A stretch of DNA of 64,000 bases from the sequence record MK250028.1, one strand, 5' to 3'. Made by a program: the position numbers and the translations under genes. Below are positions 1 to 11,413 of the stretch, piece after piece (position 1 is the stretch's first letter; each line of letters opens with the position of its first letter). The notes under the pieces are model-generated. The model did not search any database, had not been told where the DNA came from, and saw nothing but the letters and a program-made list of their open reading frames with translations.

Positions 1-54
1 CTGGCATATTTGCATTAGTACCAGCGGCATTTCCAAATAGTTTGCTATTTTCCA

Positions 55-1164
55 TTAGTCAACTTTATTCTCTTCTTTTTCTGCATCAGCTGCAGCTTCT
101 TCAGCCTCACGACGTGCAATAACAGCATCACGTTCATCAGATGGCACATCTGACAAAATTACACGATTCTTCTCAATCTTATGTACATATACCTGTACAT
201 TTGCACCTGCAGGAATTTCATTATTTCTCATTGCCTCGCGAGTCTCATCCTTTACAAGTGTCTTATGCAACATACCTGTAATAAACTCGTCAAGCTCGAC
301 GAACACACCAAATGAGGTTGTACCTGTTACTTTACCCTCAAATACATGGTCCTTATCATTCTCCAACAAATCCTCAAGTTCACGAAGCTTGACTGGAAGC
401 ATTGTTCTCAAGAACTTCTTACGTGATACAACAAAACCATAATTTGGATCATAAGATTCAATCATAACCTCAAACTTAGTACCAACCATGCTCTCAAAAT
501 CAGTTACACGGTTAGCTGCTGCCATTGAACCAGGCATAAATGCCTTAACCGTATTCATAATATCAACAACAAATCCACCCTTATTAGTAGACAAAATTGT
601 TGCGTAATATGCCTTAGACTTCTTGGTAATCTGTTCCTTCATCTCTCTCTCAAGAGTTTCAACATAACCATTCCAGATAGATGCCTTCTCAACATCACCC
701 TCTGTAATCTTAGCATTCAAATCCATACCAAGAAGTTGTTCCTTAAACTTAGGATCCTTCAATGCGGTTACAAACATATCCTTATCCATTGTCTTATCAT
801 CACCGACATTGAACTGATTAAAGAACTGATGTTCCTTATTAAGATCAACGATAACATTGTTAGAACCACCATTAATTGTCAACATCAATGTATCATCATC
901 AATAGGATCAATATCAGAAATATGCACAAGTGCATTCTTAACAAGTTCCTTACTACCAATTACATGAACATTTGCATATGCATCATACAAATCCTGTGCA
1001 TAAGATTCATGACTATAAACTTTCTCGTTATTCTTTGTCTTAATATTCTTATTTACCTTAAGTGAAGTACCATTCCATCCATCATCATATGGACTCCAAT
1101 CAAATGAACCCGGTGTTGGTTCGCCCCATTCATAACGTTGGGTCAACTCATTAAATTTCGCCAT
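55..1164 (-). CDS. rpsA: Ribosomal protein S1-like protein (two S1/OB domains)
   Basis: S1 motifs ILSTNKGGFVVDI..KAFMPGS and FEGKVTGTTSFGVFVELDEFITGMLH; shorter than cellular S1; no in-frame TAG. Confidence 0.75.
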   Translation of the reverse strand: MAKFNELTQRYEWGEPTPGSFDWSPYDDGWNGTSLKVNKNIKTKNNEKVYSHESYAQDLYDAYANVHVIGSKELVKNALVHISDIDPIDDDTLMLTINGGSNNVIVDLNKEHQFFNQFNVGDDKTMDKDMFVTALKDPKFKEQLLGMDLNAKITEGDVEKASIWNGYVETLEREMKEQITKKSKAYYATILSTNKGGFVVDIMNTVKAFMPGSMAAANRVTDFESMVGTKFEVMIESYDPNYGFVVSRKKFLRTMLPVKLRELEDLLENDKDHVFEGKVTGTTSFGVFVELDEFITGMLHKTLVKDETREAMRNNEIPAGANVQVYVHKIEKNRVILSDVPSDERDAVIARREAEEAAADAEKEENKVD

Positions 1165-1233
1165 TAAATATTCGTTTTTAAAAAATTAAACTTAAAATTA
1201 TCAAAAATTAAAAATTATTAAATATTAAATTAA

Positions 1234-2112
1234 TTACTGTTGTACTGTTGAAAGAACAGTAAATGATGTTTGATCAGTTGATTCAATTCTTACCTTTTGC
1301 TTTGAATCATTAGGTAATGTAATAATAATACTCTCTGCATCACCTTTAAGATTTACTGCTGTAAAGAAATTACTTCTGTAAATAGGTATTGCATTTTCTG
1401 CACCTGTACCATCTTTCAAGAAACCAAGCAAATAATCATAAGATTCATTTGTATCATCATACGCATAAAGTGCCCATTTGCCTGTACCTTCATCAATCTT
1501 TGTATAGAACTTAATAATATCTTTCTTTGCATCTGTAACAAAAATAGAAGAAATATTAGTAAGATTCTTCAATACATTCATTGAAATCTCAAATGACATA
1601 GGATTTGCAATAACATTAATTCTATCAAAGAAAAGTTCATCTGATACTTGTTCAAACTCAGATATATTGCAATCCTTTACCTTCATTGTATTTGTACGAG
1701 ATTTAAGTCTAATAGACTGTGCATGGAACTCATCTCCTACATGTCCCTTATAAACATCAAAATCTACATTCAATTGAAAATCTGTATCCTTGAAAATATC
1801 GATAACGGAAATAAATCGTGGAAGAATCATAAAGATACCAATCTTAATTCTTACATTATATTTCTCATTCCATTCATCAAGAGAATATGCAACATTATCA
1901 TTATCTCTGATATTCAAAATTTCCAATCCAGCATTTTCAAAAGAAATCTTTGCATATTTAACTACAGTATGATCTGCAGTAAAACCCTTTGAAACAAAGC
2001 ATTGTTCTTTCAAATCACATTCTATGAGAAGTGAACTTTGGATTTCCTTAAAGGCTTTCAACCATGTAGAAAATCCTGCAGTTGTTCCTTTATTCTTAAA
2101 TACTAAATTCAT
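1234..2112 (-). CDS. Putative DNA sliding clamp (PCNA/gp45-like)
   Basis: 292 aa; N-terminus FSTWLKAFKEIQSSLLIECD..FTADHTVVKYAKISFE resembles the PCNA N-terminal pattern; by-eye similarity only. Confidence 0.5.
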   Translation of the reverse strand: MNLVFKNKGTTAGFSTWLKAFKEIQSSLLIECDLKEQCFVSKGFTADHTVVKYAKISFENAGLEILNIRDNDNVAYSLDEWNEKYNVRIKIGIFMILPRFISVIDIFKDTDFQLNVDFDVYKGHVGDEFHAQSIRLKSRTNTMKVKDCNISEFEQVSDELFFDRINVIANPMSFEISMNVLKNLTNISSIFVTDAKKDIIKFYTKIDEGTGKWALYAYDDTNESYDYLLGFLKDGTGAENAIPIYRSNFFTAVNLKGDAESIIITLPNDSKQKVRIESTDQTSFTVLSTVQQ

Positions 2113-2419
2113 TATTAAATTATGTTAAAATTAAACGTTTATAATTATTAGATATTTAACTTAATAACATATACAAACTTTATAATATATGTGAAGTTAA
2201 CCTAAGAAACTATATTATAATATAGAAGATAATTATCTAAATCTTATCTTATCTTATCTTTTTTTAAAAAATATAAATTAATTTAAATTCTATATGCATA
2301 ATTTATAAACTAAATTCTTCCAATGACTTAAATTTATAAATACATAATGTATATAAAATAAATATATTCATATTTTAATATTTTATTTATTATATTGATT
2401 AACTTATAAAAAGTTTATA

Positions 2420-3442
2420 TTAAATTCTTGAAAAATTTTTAATAATTGAATTTATACGTTTTGTATGTTTTAATTGTTGTTGTGTAGTTGGCCATTTAGT
2501 ATATCCTCTGCTAAACCATGTATGAACAGCAATTAAATTTGTATCATAAAATTCATTTTTAATATCATTGCTATATATCGCTGATGTTAATCCTGATAAA
2601 TCAAATGTACAATTATTTTTTACAAAATCTGAATCATATAAATCTGTACCAAACAAATAATATATAGGTGTATCAGATAAAATTACTAACGCTTGCTCCA
2701 ATATATAATATGGTTCAAAATTAGGTTCTTCTTCATCTTTATAACTATATGGAATTTGATGGGGTTCAATTTTATTATCAGGATCATCTCTTACTGTTTT
2801 ACAATAAGGTGTCTCATGATTTGGTAAATCAACTCTTGTTTCTCGAAATATCTTTGCATTAGAAATCATTTTCATTGATTCACCATTCATATACTTATAT
2901 AAATCTTTATCTTTATTGTTTATTAATTTATTGATAAATTCTTTATATAAAGTATTAGGATTTTTCTCAAATTCGTTTGATATATATGTAATTATATTAT
3001 TAAAAGAAATATTTTTATCTCTTAATAATTTAATATTCCAAAAACTTAAAAAAGTATTAATCATAAAACGACTATGATTCCTATGACAAAATACCCCACC
3101 ATCTTGAGGACCTGCTATACAACAACCACTTTGTACAAAATTCTTAAATTCTTTTATTAAAGATTCAAAATCATTAATAAAACAATCCTCATCTATATAA
3201 ATTACATAATCAAAATTTTTATTAGATAACATATAACTAAACATTAATAAAAATGCATCTAACCCATAAAATGGCTTGTTATCTTTTATACCTGGAATAA
3301 CCCAAAAATTTTGAATAGGTATATATTCTATATATGTCTTTAATGACGGTATTAACAATGAACTAGGTAAACATATTGAATTTGTTACAAAGCATACTTT
3401 ATTCTATGATAACCATGTTTTAATCTCTACTATATTATCCAT
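2420..3442 (-). CDS. Putative glycosyltransferase (DxD type)
   Basis: YVIYIDEDCF motif; ATG at 3442 reached by reading one TAG as Gln (MDNIVEIKTWLSQNKVCFV). Confidence 0.6.
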
Positions 3443-3494
3443 TTAAATAAAATTAAATTATTGTATATATTTTACTTTAAATTAATAATAAAGT

Positions 3495-3803
3495 TTACAA
3501 TGTTGATATATTAAAACCACAATAACCCAATAAAATTACTATACGAATAAAATCTTGCATTTTAACATTTTCAAAATCTTTAACTTGTTCAAGATGTATC
3601 TTTAATAATTTTATATCTAATGGTTTATTTTCCTTATATAGTTTATATACATAATCATAACATATTTCAAAAAGTTCTTTTTCACTTTTAGGCATATCGC
3701 CATTAAGAATAGTATTCTTCATTTCTAAAGAATAATGGTCAAAGTCCATATTCTCAAGGGACTTTGACCATTCATTAAAATCTTGTTTATTTGTTGTGTT
3801 CAT
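3495..3803 (-). CDS. Hypothetical protein
   Basis: 102 aa ORF in a tightly packed minus-strand run. Confidence 0.6.
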   Translation of the reverse strand: MNTTNKQDFNEWSKSLENMDFDHYSLEMKNTILNGDMPKSEKELFEICYDYVYKLYKENKPLDIKLLKIHLEQVKDFENVKMQDFIRIVILLGYCGFNISTL

Positions 3804-4512
3804 AATACTTTCTATACTCTTTGTATAATTTATCTATAATCAATTGGTTATCTAAATTTTCAATATGAATTTCATTTACCATTGCACATAATTTCCATAA
3901 TTCATATTGATTAATACCAGATTTTTCATAATCATGATACCATGTAGTTTCAGGAAACATCCATCCATCATCCTCGCCAATACCAAATATATGAATATCA
4001 TTATGTATTCTATCTATAAATACACATACGCCACCATATGATTGACAATGACTATTATATGTAAAATGGTAAAGTCTTATAGAAGCTTCATCATAAAACC
4101 CTTTATCATAACAACCAAATGAATCCATCATATTACCTAAATAACACGGATCATAATCATATTCATATTTAACTTCTGCTAAATCATTATACCAACGTGG
4201 TTGTCGATTTTTAATAACACCTATTTGAATAAGTTTATCTTCAATATCCTTATTATAAGGCCAATATTGCCATAAACAATTGCATCCATAATGAGTTAAT
4301 TCAGCAAATTTATATATATCATTCTGAATACATTCAAAGAATGGTACATATTGCGTTTTATCTATATTATTTTCTTCAAAATATTTAAGATCATAACCAC
4401 AACAACTACCATCTGCATCGGCAAGTAAATCTTCTTTCTGTTTATCAGATAATTCAGTTTTATTAAATATATATGGTAACCATTCAGAGCCTTTATTATA
4501 ATCTAGAATCAT
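3787..4512 (-). CDS. Hypothetical protein
   Basis: 241 aa ORF overlapping its neighbours. Confidence 0.7.
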   Translation of the reverse strand: MILDYNKGSEWLPYIFNKTELSDKQKEDLLADADGSCCGYDLKYFEENNIDKTQYVPFFECIQNDIYKFAELTHYGCNCLWQYWPYNKDIEDKLIQIGVIKNRQPRWYNDLAEVKYEYDYDPCYLGNMMDSFGCYDKGFYDEASIRLYHFTYNSHCQSYGGVCVFIDRIHNDIHIFGIGEDDGWMFPETTWYHDYEKSGINQYELWKLCAMVNEIHIENLDNQLIIDKLYKEYRKYYEHNK

Positions 4513-4763
4513 ATGGTACCTCCTTTCTTTATTAATATAGGTTTATAATAATCCTGAAAAAATTCAGGACATGCTAAAGGATTAAATTCATTAGCTTTAC
4601 GTAAATCTATATTTTCCCTTACATTTTTACAAAAAGGTTTAAGTACAGAAATTATATCATCTTCAAATATCTTTTCACCTATATTAATATCAACTAAACC
4701 AGTCCATGCAACATCTGGTCTTTCAGATACCCATTGATTATTTTTATTTAGCCATGTTCTCAT
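4509..4763 (-). CDS. Hypothetical protein
   Basis: 84 aa ORF with ATGA overlap to the next gene. Confidence 0.6.
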   Translation of the reverse strand: MRTWLNKNNQWVSERPDVAWTGLVDINIGEKIFEDDIISVLKPFCKNVRENIDLRKANEFNPLACPEFFQDYYKPILIKKGGTI

Positions 4764-4885
4764 TGTATAATTATCTTTTAGTTTTACATTTAATTATACA
4801 AGATATTGAATAGAACAATAAAAATATATATTCTATCCAATATCAGGCCGCCAGTTTCATTTATAGTTTGAAACAAACTTTTTAT

Positions 4886-5023
4886 TTATCGTACATCACC
4901 AGTAAAAATTGCCCATATAAACTGAAGTACCATTCCGATAACTCCAAATACTACAGGAATAATTGCACATGCAAGTGCAAATACAGCAATCGCTATGATG
5001 ATACCAAGTAAAAACATTATCAT
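4886..5023 (-). CDS. Small membrane protein (45 aa)
   Basis: MIMFLLGIIIAIAVFALACAIIPVVFGVIGMVLQFIWAIFTGDVR; downstream of a TATCTTTG promoter at 5071-5078; not in ORF track. Confidence 0.6.
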   Translation of the reverse strand: MIMFLLGIIIAIAVFALACAIIPVVFGVIGMVLQFIWAIFTGDVR

Positions 5024-5119
5024 AATCTTTATATTTAAATTGTTAATATTTATGTTTATTATTTACATTACAAAGATACATAATATTTTCCTAAATAAAA
5101 AATATATTACCTAAAATTA

Positions 5120-5653
5120 TTAAGAATTTAAATAATTATGAAATGAACCATCATCAGAATCTCCAATAAGATTGTTCAATACATGCCAATACTCAAGATA
5201 ACGCTTTGCTTTCTCCATATCCTGTGTTTCTTTCTCCTTATGGTCAGATCTCCAAATATACTTAAATGAATTCAACTTACAGAAATCCATTGTTGCTTGT
5301 TTTCCAAATGTCTGAAGCATAGCTTCTATACATTGTAAGCCATTACCGCCAGCGCCATAATGATTTGGATGTTCAACAACATTCAAATTCTGTGTACTAA
5401 AAATAGGATTTAATTTTGTCTTATGTAATTGTAAATGTGCAGGTTCATCCTTAAATACAATCTTCTCATAATTCAACGGTTCTCTATTCTATTCAGCTAC
5501 ATTATCACTAATAGGTTCACCACATTTCTCGTCATTATCTGTTGCAACTTCATCGGTTCTATTAGAAACAAATACAATATCTTTCTCATCCTTTGTACGT
5601 GTAGGTTCACCATATACAGGTTCCTATGTACGAGTTTCCTTATTATAACTCAT
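5120..5653 (-). CDS. DUF3310-family protein (T7 gp1.7 nucleotide-kinase-like) with N-terminal extension
   Basis: VEHPNHY..QCIEAM..FCKLNSFKYIWR..K...QDMEKAKRYL motif; ATG at 5653 via two TAG=Gln. Confidence 0.7.
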
Positions 5654-5698
5654 ATTATATCAATTAGTTTTCATTTATAATTATACAGTAAAAATAAA

Positions 5699-6169
5699 TC
5701 ATTGTTTAATAGATTTTAACGAAATTAATGTAGTTCCAGATAAATCTATTAAATCTTTTTCTTTTGATGAAAAATCTAATATATGTTGTGTATGAGTTTC
5801 TTTAATTATACCATCGTTTTCCTATATAGGTTCTGGTTCAATTAACTAAGATAACTATTCATTATTATCTTTCTTATGTATCATATATACAGTATTCTGT
5901 TCTAACGCATCTTCTATTGAAAGCTCTTTAGTTGAACCATCAGCAAAATATGTTACGCTTGGTATTGGTGCATCTAAATCATAATACGTCTAAATAATAT
6001 CATATTTAGAAGTATCTATATCATTTATACTTTTAATATTAGTTAAATCATCTTCATCATTATTTTCATCTACAATATCTGACGTAATATCATTAACTCC
6101 TGTAAATTTTACTAATAGACAAAGAATAACAAAAAAACCTATACTTATTGATATTACTGGATCTATCAT
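5699..6169 (-). CDS. Hypothetical membrane-anchored acidic protein
   Basis: 156 aa open only under code 15 (4 TAG); N-terminal hydrophobic stretch; ends in TGA. Confidence 0.6.
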
Positions 6170-6198
6170 AATCTCTTATTTTATTAAATTAATAATTA

Positions 6199-6432
6199 TT
6201 ATTTACTCTCAAAATTAATAGTTGATACATCTTCCACTTTTTCTTTTAAACTATCAACTGTTATTGTATGTGTATTCTGTTGCTCTTGTAATGAGTCTAC
6301 AATGAATTCCTGTGTTTGCTTAATATGCTTTAGCTTCTCTTCATAATCAATACGGAGACGATTTGCAATTACAAGCATCATTATAAATCCTAATACAAAT
6401 AAAACAATAAATACTGTTACTATTATATTCAT
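6199..6432 (-). CDS. Small membrane protein
   Basis: 77 aa with N-terminal TM segment. Confidence 0.6.
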   Translation of the reverse strand: MNIIVTVFIVLFVLGFIMMLVIANRLRIDYEEKLKHIKQTQEFIVDSLQEQQNTHTITVDSLKEKVEDVSTINFESK

Positions 6433-6502
6433 ATTATTTTCTAATTAAAATTTTACTTTTTATTTATAGTATATTAAATCAATAAAGTTTATATATTAAA
6501 AT

Positions 6503-6544
6503 AAAAAATGGATAGATAGTTAAACGAAAAAACTATCTATCCAT
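6503..6544 (-). terminator. Intrinsic terminator
   Basis: 14-bp inverted repeat ATGGATAGATAGTT/AACTATCTATCCAT followed by a U tract on the minus strand. Confidence 0.75.
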
Positions 6545-6549
6545 CATAA

Positions 6550-7587
6550 TTATGCTTGATACGAATACTTGTCAAACAATGATTCAATATTAGAGGGATG
6601 CACAGCATTTATGCCGATTTCATTGCATTTTTTCAATGTATCATGGAAATCATCTATAAGACATACATCCTTAACATTCCACTTCATTTTATGAGTAAAC
6701 TGCTCAATAAAAACGTGCTTATAATTTTTATTTCCGACAAACATTCGGTTCTCAACAGGAATCTCTGGGAAATATTTATCAAGCCATTCATTCTTCTCAT
6801 TCCACGCTATTGAATTAGCACATGCAGTCACAATATAAACATTCTTCATGTCATAATGTTTCTTAACAAAATCAATGATATGTTTAACAGGCTTCAAATT
6901 TTTAAATAGTTCGCTACTTACAAAATCTGAATTTCCGTTAATATCAAGTTTTGCCTTGCCATAACAAGCTAATGTACCATCCATGTCAAGAAGTAAATAC
7001 TTATTGGTAAAATAATCAACGCGAATGAATTCATCTACCAATGGGATGTACTTATTCTTACATGCTTCAATACGTAAATTTTTCTTATAAATATCTTCAA
7101 TTGGAACTTTACGAGTTCTTCCTTGAAGTCTATTTATACAAACTTCTACAGGAGTATCAAAGAATATACAAGTAATCTTATCTACATTTTTATTTCTTAA
7201 ATAATCTATAATACTAAGATTATAATGATTATTAATTCCACCGCCGTCAAGAATAACATTACAATTAATCTTTGAACTATCTGCAATAGCAAAAATTATT
7301 TTTCGTGTTATTTGAACAGACTCTTCATGAACAACTTCCGGATGTTCATCAGTATAACCTTTTAACAATGGTTTAATTTCATCAGCAGAAATTACTATTG
7401 TTTCATTTATACAAAGATTATCTTCAATTGTCTGAATAATTTTATCTAAATTACATTCATCAAATGGTTTATCTAAAATAGATGTTAACCATTCAATGAG
7501 ATGCAAAATATTTGGATAATTCTCTTGAAGATATGTACTTTTACCAGATGCAGGCAAACCGAGGAAGTATGAGAACTTACTGATCAT
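6550..7587 (-). CDS. P-loop kinase + HAD phosphatase fusion (polynucleotide kinase/phosphatase-like)
   Basis: Walker A GLPASGKST, ILDGGG; HAD motif I LLLDMDGTL and motif IV LIDD. Confidence 0.8.
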   Translation of the reverse strand: MISKFSYFLGLPASGKSTYLQENYPNILHLIEWLTSILDKPFDECNLDKIIQTIEDNLCINETIVISADEIKPLLKGYTDEHPEVVHEESVQITRKIIFAIADSSKINCNVILDGGGINNHYNLSIIDYLRNKNVDKITCIFFDTPVEVCINRLQGRTRKVPIEDIYKKNLRIEACKNKYIPLVDEFIRVDYFTNKYLLLDMDGTLACYGKAKLDINGNSDFVSSELFKNLKPVKHIIDFVKKHYDMKNVYIVTACANSIAWNEKNEWLDKYFPEIPVENRMFVGNKNYKHVFIEQFTHKMKWNVKDVCLIDDFHDTLKKCNEIGINAVHPSNIESLFDKYSYQA

Positions 7588-7592
7588 AACTA

Positions 7593-8531
7593 TTATAAAT
7601 TAAATTGTTCTTTAATTTTATCCCATTTTCTATGTAATATATCAGAACATTGTATAGCATAATTATATAATTTAATAACATCATTTTTCCTTGAAAAATA
7701 TGCTTGTATACAACCATGATTATCTATACGAAGATGAAAATTAATATTATAATACTAATCAATAATATCAAATAATTCAACATATAATGGTTTCCAACTA
7801 ATATGATTACTTATTGATATTGATATACCTGTTCTTGATTTTGAAATACAACCATCACCATCTAAAAACCCTATTAAAAAATATATTAAATACGTTTTAT
7901 CATAGAATATAGAAATATTTGGTGAATTATATGTTTTCTACTTATCAATCAGATTAAATATTTTTTTCCATTTTTCACAAAAACATTTATCTCCTATACG
8001 TATACTACAAGTTGTATATTTTCCAAAAGTTGAATCTGCTTCACGTTCTCGAATAGTAGTATTTAACCTATTAGCTAATAACTAAAGATTATTTTTATCT
8101 CTATTTGAAATAGAAATAATAAATTCATTTTTTTGTGATATACAACCATCTGCTATAAAAAATCCCCACCAATAATAGACTTCCTTATTATTTAAATTAT
8201 TCATAAAACTTAAGTTTCCGTGTCTACGTCTATCTATATTATGAGGAAATTTCATACGTTCACACGCTTGAAATTGTATAGCATTATAACTAAGAGTTGG
8301 AAATGCATCTAATAATTCCTATTTAGATGCATTATACCATAACTCTTTTAGTTTTGCATTATTTTCATCAGTCCATTTAAAATTACAATGTATTTGTAAC
8401 TCATGTGCTTTTTTCTTTATAGCGCTTTTTGTTCTATTTGGTAATAAATTAATACATTCAGTTAATCCTGATATAGGATAATACTATTTTAATATATTAA
8501 TTTCATTTTCATTCCAAAATTTATACTACAT
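7593..8531 (-). CDS. Free-standing two-motif LAGLIDADG homing endonuclease with N-terminal Myb-like repeats
   Basis: Open only under code 15 (6 TAG, the first at codon 2); motifs WWGFFIADGCI and FLIGFLDGDGCI; absent from ORF track. Confidence 0.85.
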
Positions 8532-8549
8532 AAAAAATATATTAATTTT

Positions 8550-10130
8550 TTAAATAGTTCCATCAAGTAATTTATGAACAGCGTCTTGACGCGTCTTCCG
8601 AATTTCAGCAAGTGTAAACTCTCTTACTAACTTACCATCTTCAAAAACAGTCTTCAATTCATTCTTATCTGATGCTTCCTCTTCAGGCGTTACACGATCA
8701 ACTGGTACATACTTACCATTGCCATCTTTTACAACCATAAGAAGTCCACGATGTGATTTCTTTGGCATACCACATACTGTCTTAGGATCCTTATAAATTT
8801 CTATAGCTTTACCATCAACTTTACACCATGTAGACTTACAGGCTATGCCCAAAGAATCTCTGGATCGTACATTATAAGTAAAGCTTCCTATACCTTCAAT
8901 AAGGTTAGTTGCTGCGAAACCCTTATCTTCAAGTTGAGAATATGTATCCTTTTGGCGTTTCATATTAATTGAGTCTCCATAAAGAAGTCCAATATGTGGA
9001 TCAAGAATTTTATATCCTTTTTCATTAAATGTTCCACCGAACGTATTCCAAAGAAATTCATAAGAACCCATCTTTACAAATGGATCTTCTGCTTCCGGAT
9101 CACCACAAATAATTTTAACAGGATCACCACTATCAGGACGAATTACTACACGCCCATTACGAGACATAATTTGTTCTTTATACTTAGGAACAATCTTTGT
9201 CAAGAAATACCAATAATCATAACCATCTGCAACAATTGAAATAATACCATCTGGAAATTCATCAAGCATATTCTTAAAATAAACTTCATCATTTGGCTTA
9301 CCTGTTTCATCTGTTGCATTAGAGCACTCAATAGAATGTTCAGTAGCTGGAACAGTTGCAGCTATCAATTCTTTTTTAGGATCTGCATTATAATAATACT
9401 CAATCATCTTAATTGCTGGAACTGTTTCAGAACCACAAAAAGAAGTAAGATGTGCCATACCAGAAACAATAGATGCTTCAAATGAACTCATTCCTCTCAT
9501 AGAGAAATCATGACATAGAAATGCAAGATTAGACATATCGTTAGGATTATAAAAACCAGTTTTCATAGCATGTCTAACAAGTTCACGTTTAAATACATCA
9601 GCTGTTGTTGCAGAAGTAATTGGAAGCCAAAGGACATTTGAAGTCAAAGACTCCAAATAATTTGTGAGCCAAGCAAAATCAGGATGTGTATTTGTGATTG
9701 TTAAAATAGGGCATCCGATTGGACAATATGAACCTTCAGGAAGTGCCTTAATACGAATAGGAAGATAACCAAGTTTATGCAATGCAATAATATGATCAAC
9801 TCCTACTTTCTTTGCAACTGCTTCTCCTAGAAATGTAGTTGTCAAATCTGTATAAGTTTTTCGTACAGTATCTTCATCAAGGTTAAAGAAATAATTATTA
9901 AATGTATTAATAAGATACTTCTTAATAAAATACTGAATACCAAACACAACTGCTCCCTCTGTAGCTTCCGGAAAATATTTATTACTACGAGGAGTAAAGT
10001 TACTGAAAAGTTGTGTCATTCCCTTAGGGTACATACAGTGATGACCAAGCTTGTAGCCATCTGTCATAAGCATTGCATTAAGAAGTATGTCTTCTACCAA
10101 TACATGCTGTGAATCTTTTACGTTTGTCAT
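8550..10130 (-). CDS. nadV: Nicotinamide phosphoribosyltransferase (NAMPT)
   Basis: TDGYKLGH, HDFSMRG, VPATEHS, VVIRPDSGDP, LLYGDSI, KDPKT..KKS motifs. Confidence 0.95.
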   Translation of the reverse strand: MTNVKDSQHVLVEDILLNAMLMTDGYKLGHHCMYPKGMTQLFSNFTPRSNKYFPEATEGAVVFGIQYFIKKYLINTFNNYFFNLDEDTVRKTYTDLTTTFLGEAVAKKVGVDHIIALHKLGYLPIRIKALPEGSYCPIGCPILTITNTHPDFAWLTNYLESLTSNVLWLPITSATTADVFKRELVRHAMKTGFYNPNDMSNLAFLCHDFSMRGMSSFEASIVSGMAHLTSFCGSETVPAIKMIEYYYNADPKKELIAATVPATEHSIECSNATDETGKPNDEVYFKNMLDEFPDGIISIVADGYDYWYFLTKIVPKYKEQIMSRNGRVVIRPDSGDPVKIICGDPEAEDPFVKMGSYEFLWNTFGGTFNEKGYKILDPHIGLLYGDSINMKRQKDTYSQLEDKGFAATNLIEGIGSFTYNVRSRDSLGIACKSTWCKVDGKAIEIYKDPKTVCGMPKKSHRGLLMVVKDGNGKYVPVDRVTPEEEASDKNELKTVFEDGKLVREFTLAEIRKTRQDAVHKLLDGTI

Positions 10131-10326
10131 AAAATAATTTGTTTAAATTTTAATTTGATTACAATAATAATTTGTTTGTTTAATTATCTTGTAATCATTA
10201 TTTATATATATTATTAATTAAATTGTTTATAAAATTCATATTAAAAAAAATAACATCCTATTTTCACAAACAAGATGTTAATAATTCAAAGACATATTTA
10301 TTTGAAAATTAAGCTGCGAAATTAAT

Positions 10327-10872
10327 TTATGCAGCCTGTCGAACTTCCCAATCAATAATATCAACAACATACTTTTCCTTGTTGATAGAAATTGACTTAA
10401 TATTCTTAAGTGAAAGTGTTCTATACTCAATAACAGAAGTACTTGCTTTTTTCTTTGGCATGAATCTCTTCATATATGCTTCATCTTCCGCAGAAATCTT
10501 CTCACCATCAAGAATAATATTATTCTTTGAATAATTATTAGGAATGTAAATCAAACATACATTACCGGTACTAATATATTGCATAACAACATTCTTTACA
10601 AGATGACGGCGATTTGTATCTGTTGCCTTATAATCCTCACCAAGAATCTTACTCATTGTCTTTTCATAATCCTGTCCAAAATGGAAAGTAACTGAGAAAT
10701 CTGTGCGTGGTTGAAATCCATCCTTAATATGTTCCTTAGGAAGACCATCTGTATTAAACTTATTCAACTTAATATCAGACTCACCATATACAGTGACATA
10801 CTTACCGTTGCACTTTGCGTTAGACATAAGCTCGATAAACTCATCTACTGTTGTAATAATATTGTTGTTCAT
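10327..10872 (-). CDS. Hypothetical protein
   Basis: 181 aa; has its own TATCTTTG promoter at 10920-10927. Confidence 0.75.
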   Translation of the reverse strand: MNNNIITTVDEFIELMSNAKCNGKYVTVYGESDIKLNKFNTDGLPKEHIKDGFQPRTDFSVTFHFGQDYEKTMSKILGEDYKATDTNRRHLVKNVVMQYISTGNVCLIYIPNNYSKNNIILDGEKISAEDEAYMKRFMPKKKASTSVIEYRTLSLKNIKSISINKEKYVVDIIDWEVRQAA

Positions 10873-10919
10873 ATTCTTTATATTTTTAATTGTTCAACTT
10901 AATTGTTTTATTAACAATA

Positions 10920-10927
10920 CAAAGATA
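10920..10927 (-). promoter_or_regulatory. Class I (Bacteroidota host sigma-type) promoter -7 element TATCTTTG
   Basis: Matches TAnnTTTG; same ATGTATCTTTG context at 5071, 12253, 15121, 29625, 29947, 47177 (minus) and 39613, 43610 (plus), each just upstream of an ORF. Confidence 0.8.
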
Positions 10928-11108
10928 CATGTTTTATTTCAAATAAAAAAATATTAGAAGAAAAAATTAAATATTTTCTCTTAAAAATTTATCGATAAGT
11001 TTTTTAACACTATTACATTTATATTGTGTTTCTACATAACTACCTGTCCAATCAGTATGAACATGAAAATTCTCAAGAAACCAGTTTGCAATCTTTTCTT
11101 TATCCATA

Positions 11109-11408
11109 TCAATAATCTTCTGCATCTCGTAAAACTCTCATATTCTTTAAATCATTAATGAGTTTTTCACACTCTTTTAACAATACATATATAGTAGAAA
11201 TAATTATCACTATAATAAATAATAATATTCCTAATGCTATATAAAACTCTGAATCTTCATAATTAGAAATAAACTTAAAACATGTAATTATATATGTAAA
11301 AGTAAATGGTATTACTAAACATAAAATCCAATTTATTATATGTCTCCATACATGTTTCTCTATATATTCGTTTCTCTCTTTATATGATTTAAACCATTTA
11401 TTTTCCAT
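11109..11408 (-). CDS. Hypothetical membrane protein
   Basis: 99 aa with two hydrophobic segments. Confidence 0.65.
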   Translation of the reverse strand: MENKWFKSYKERNEYIEKHVWRHIINWILCLVIPFTFTYIITCFKFISNYEDSEFYIALGILLFIIVIIISTIYVLLKECEKLINDLKNMRVLRDAEDY

Positions 11409-11413
11409 ATTTC

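Noticed and set aside
736-1992. Plus-strand track ORFs (736..1065, 1648..1992, 1790..1972) and similar antisense ORFs throughout
   Set aside because: Shadows of strong opposite-strand genes; no motifs or promoters
2241-2260. (ATCTT)x4 microsatellite
   Set aside because: Short, intergenic and unremarkable in very AT-rich DNA; no supporting context
7593-8531. LAGLIDADG gene as part of a group I intron or intein in NAMPT or PNK
   Set aside because: Both neighbours are complete with their own start and stop, and spacers are under 20 nt; it is free-standing
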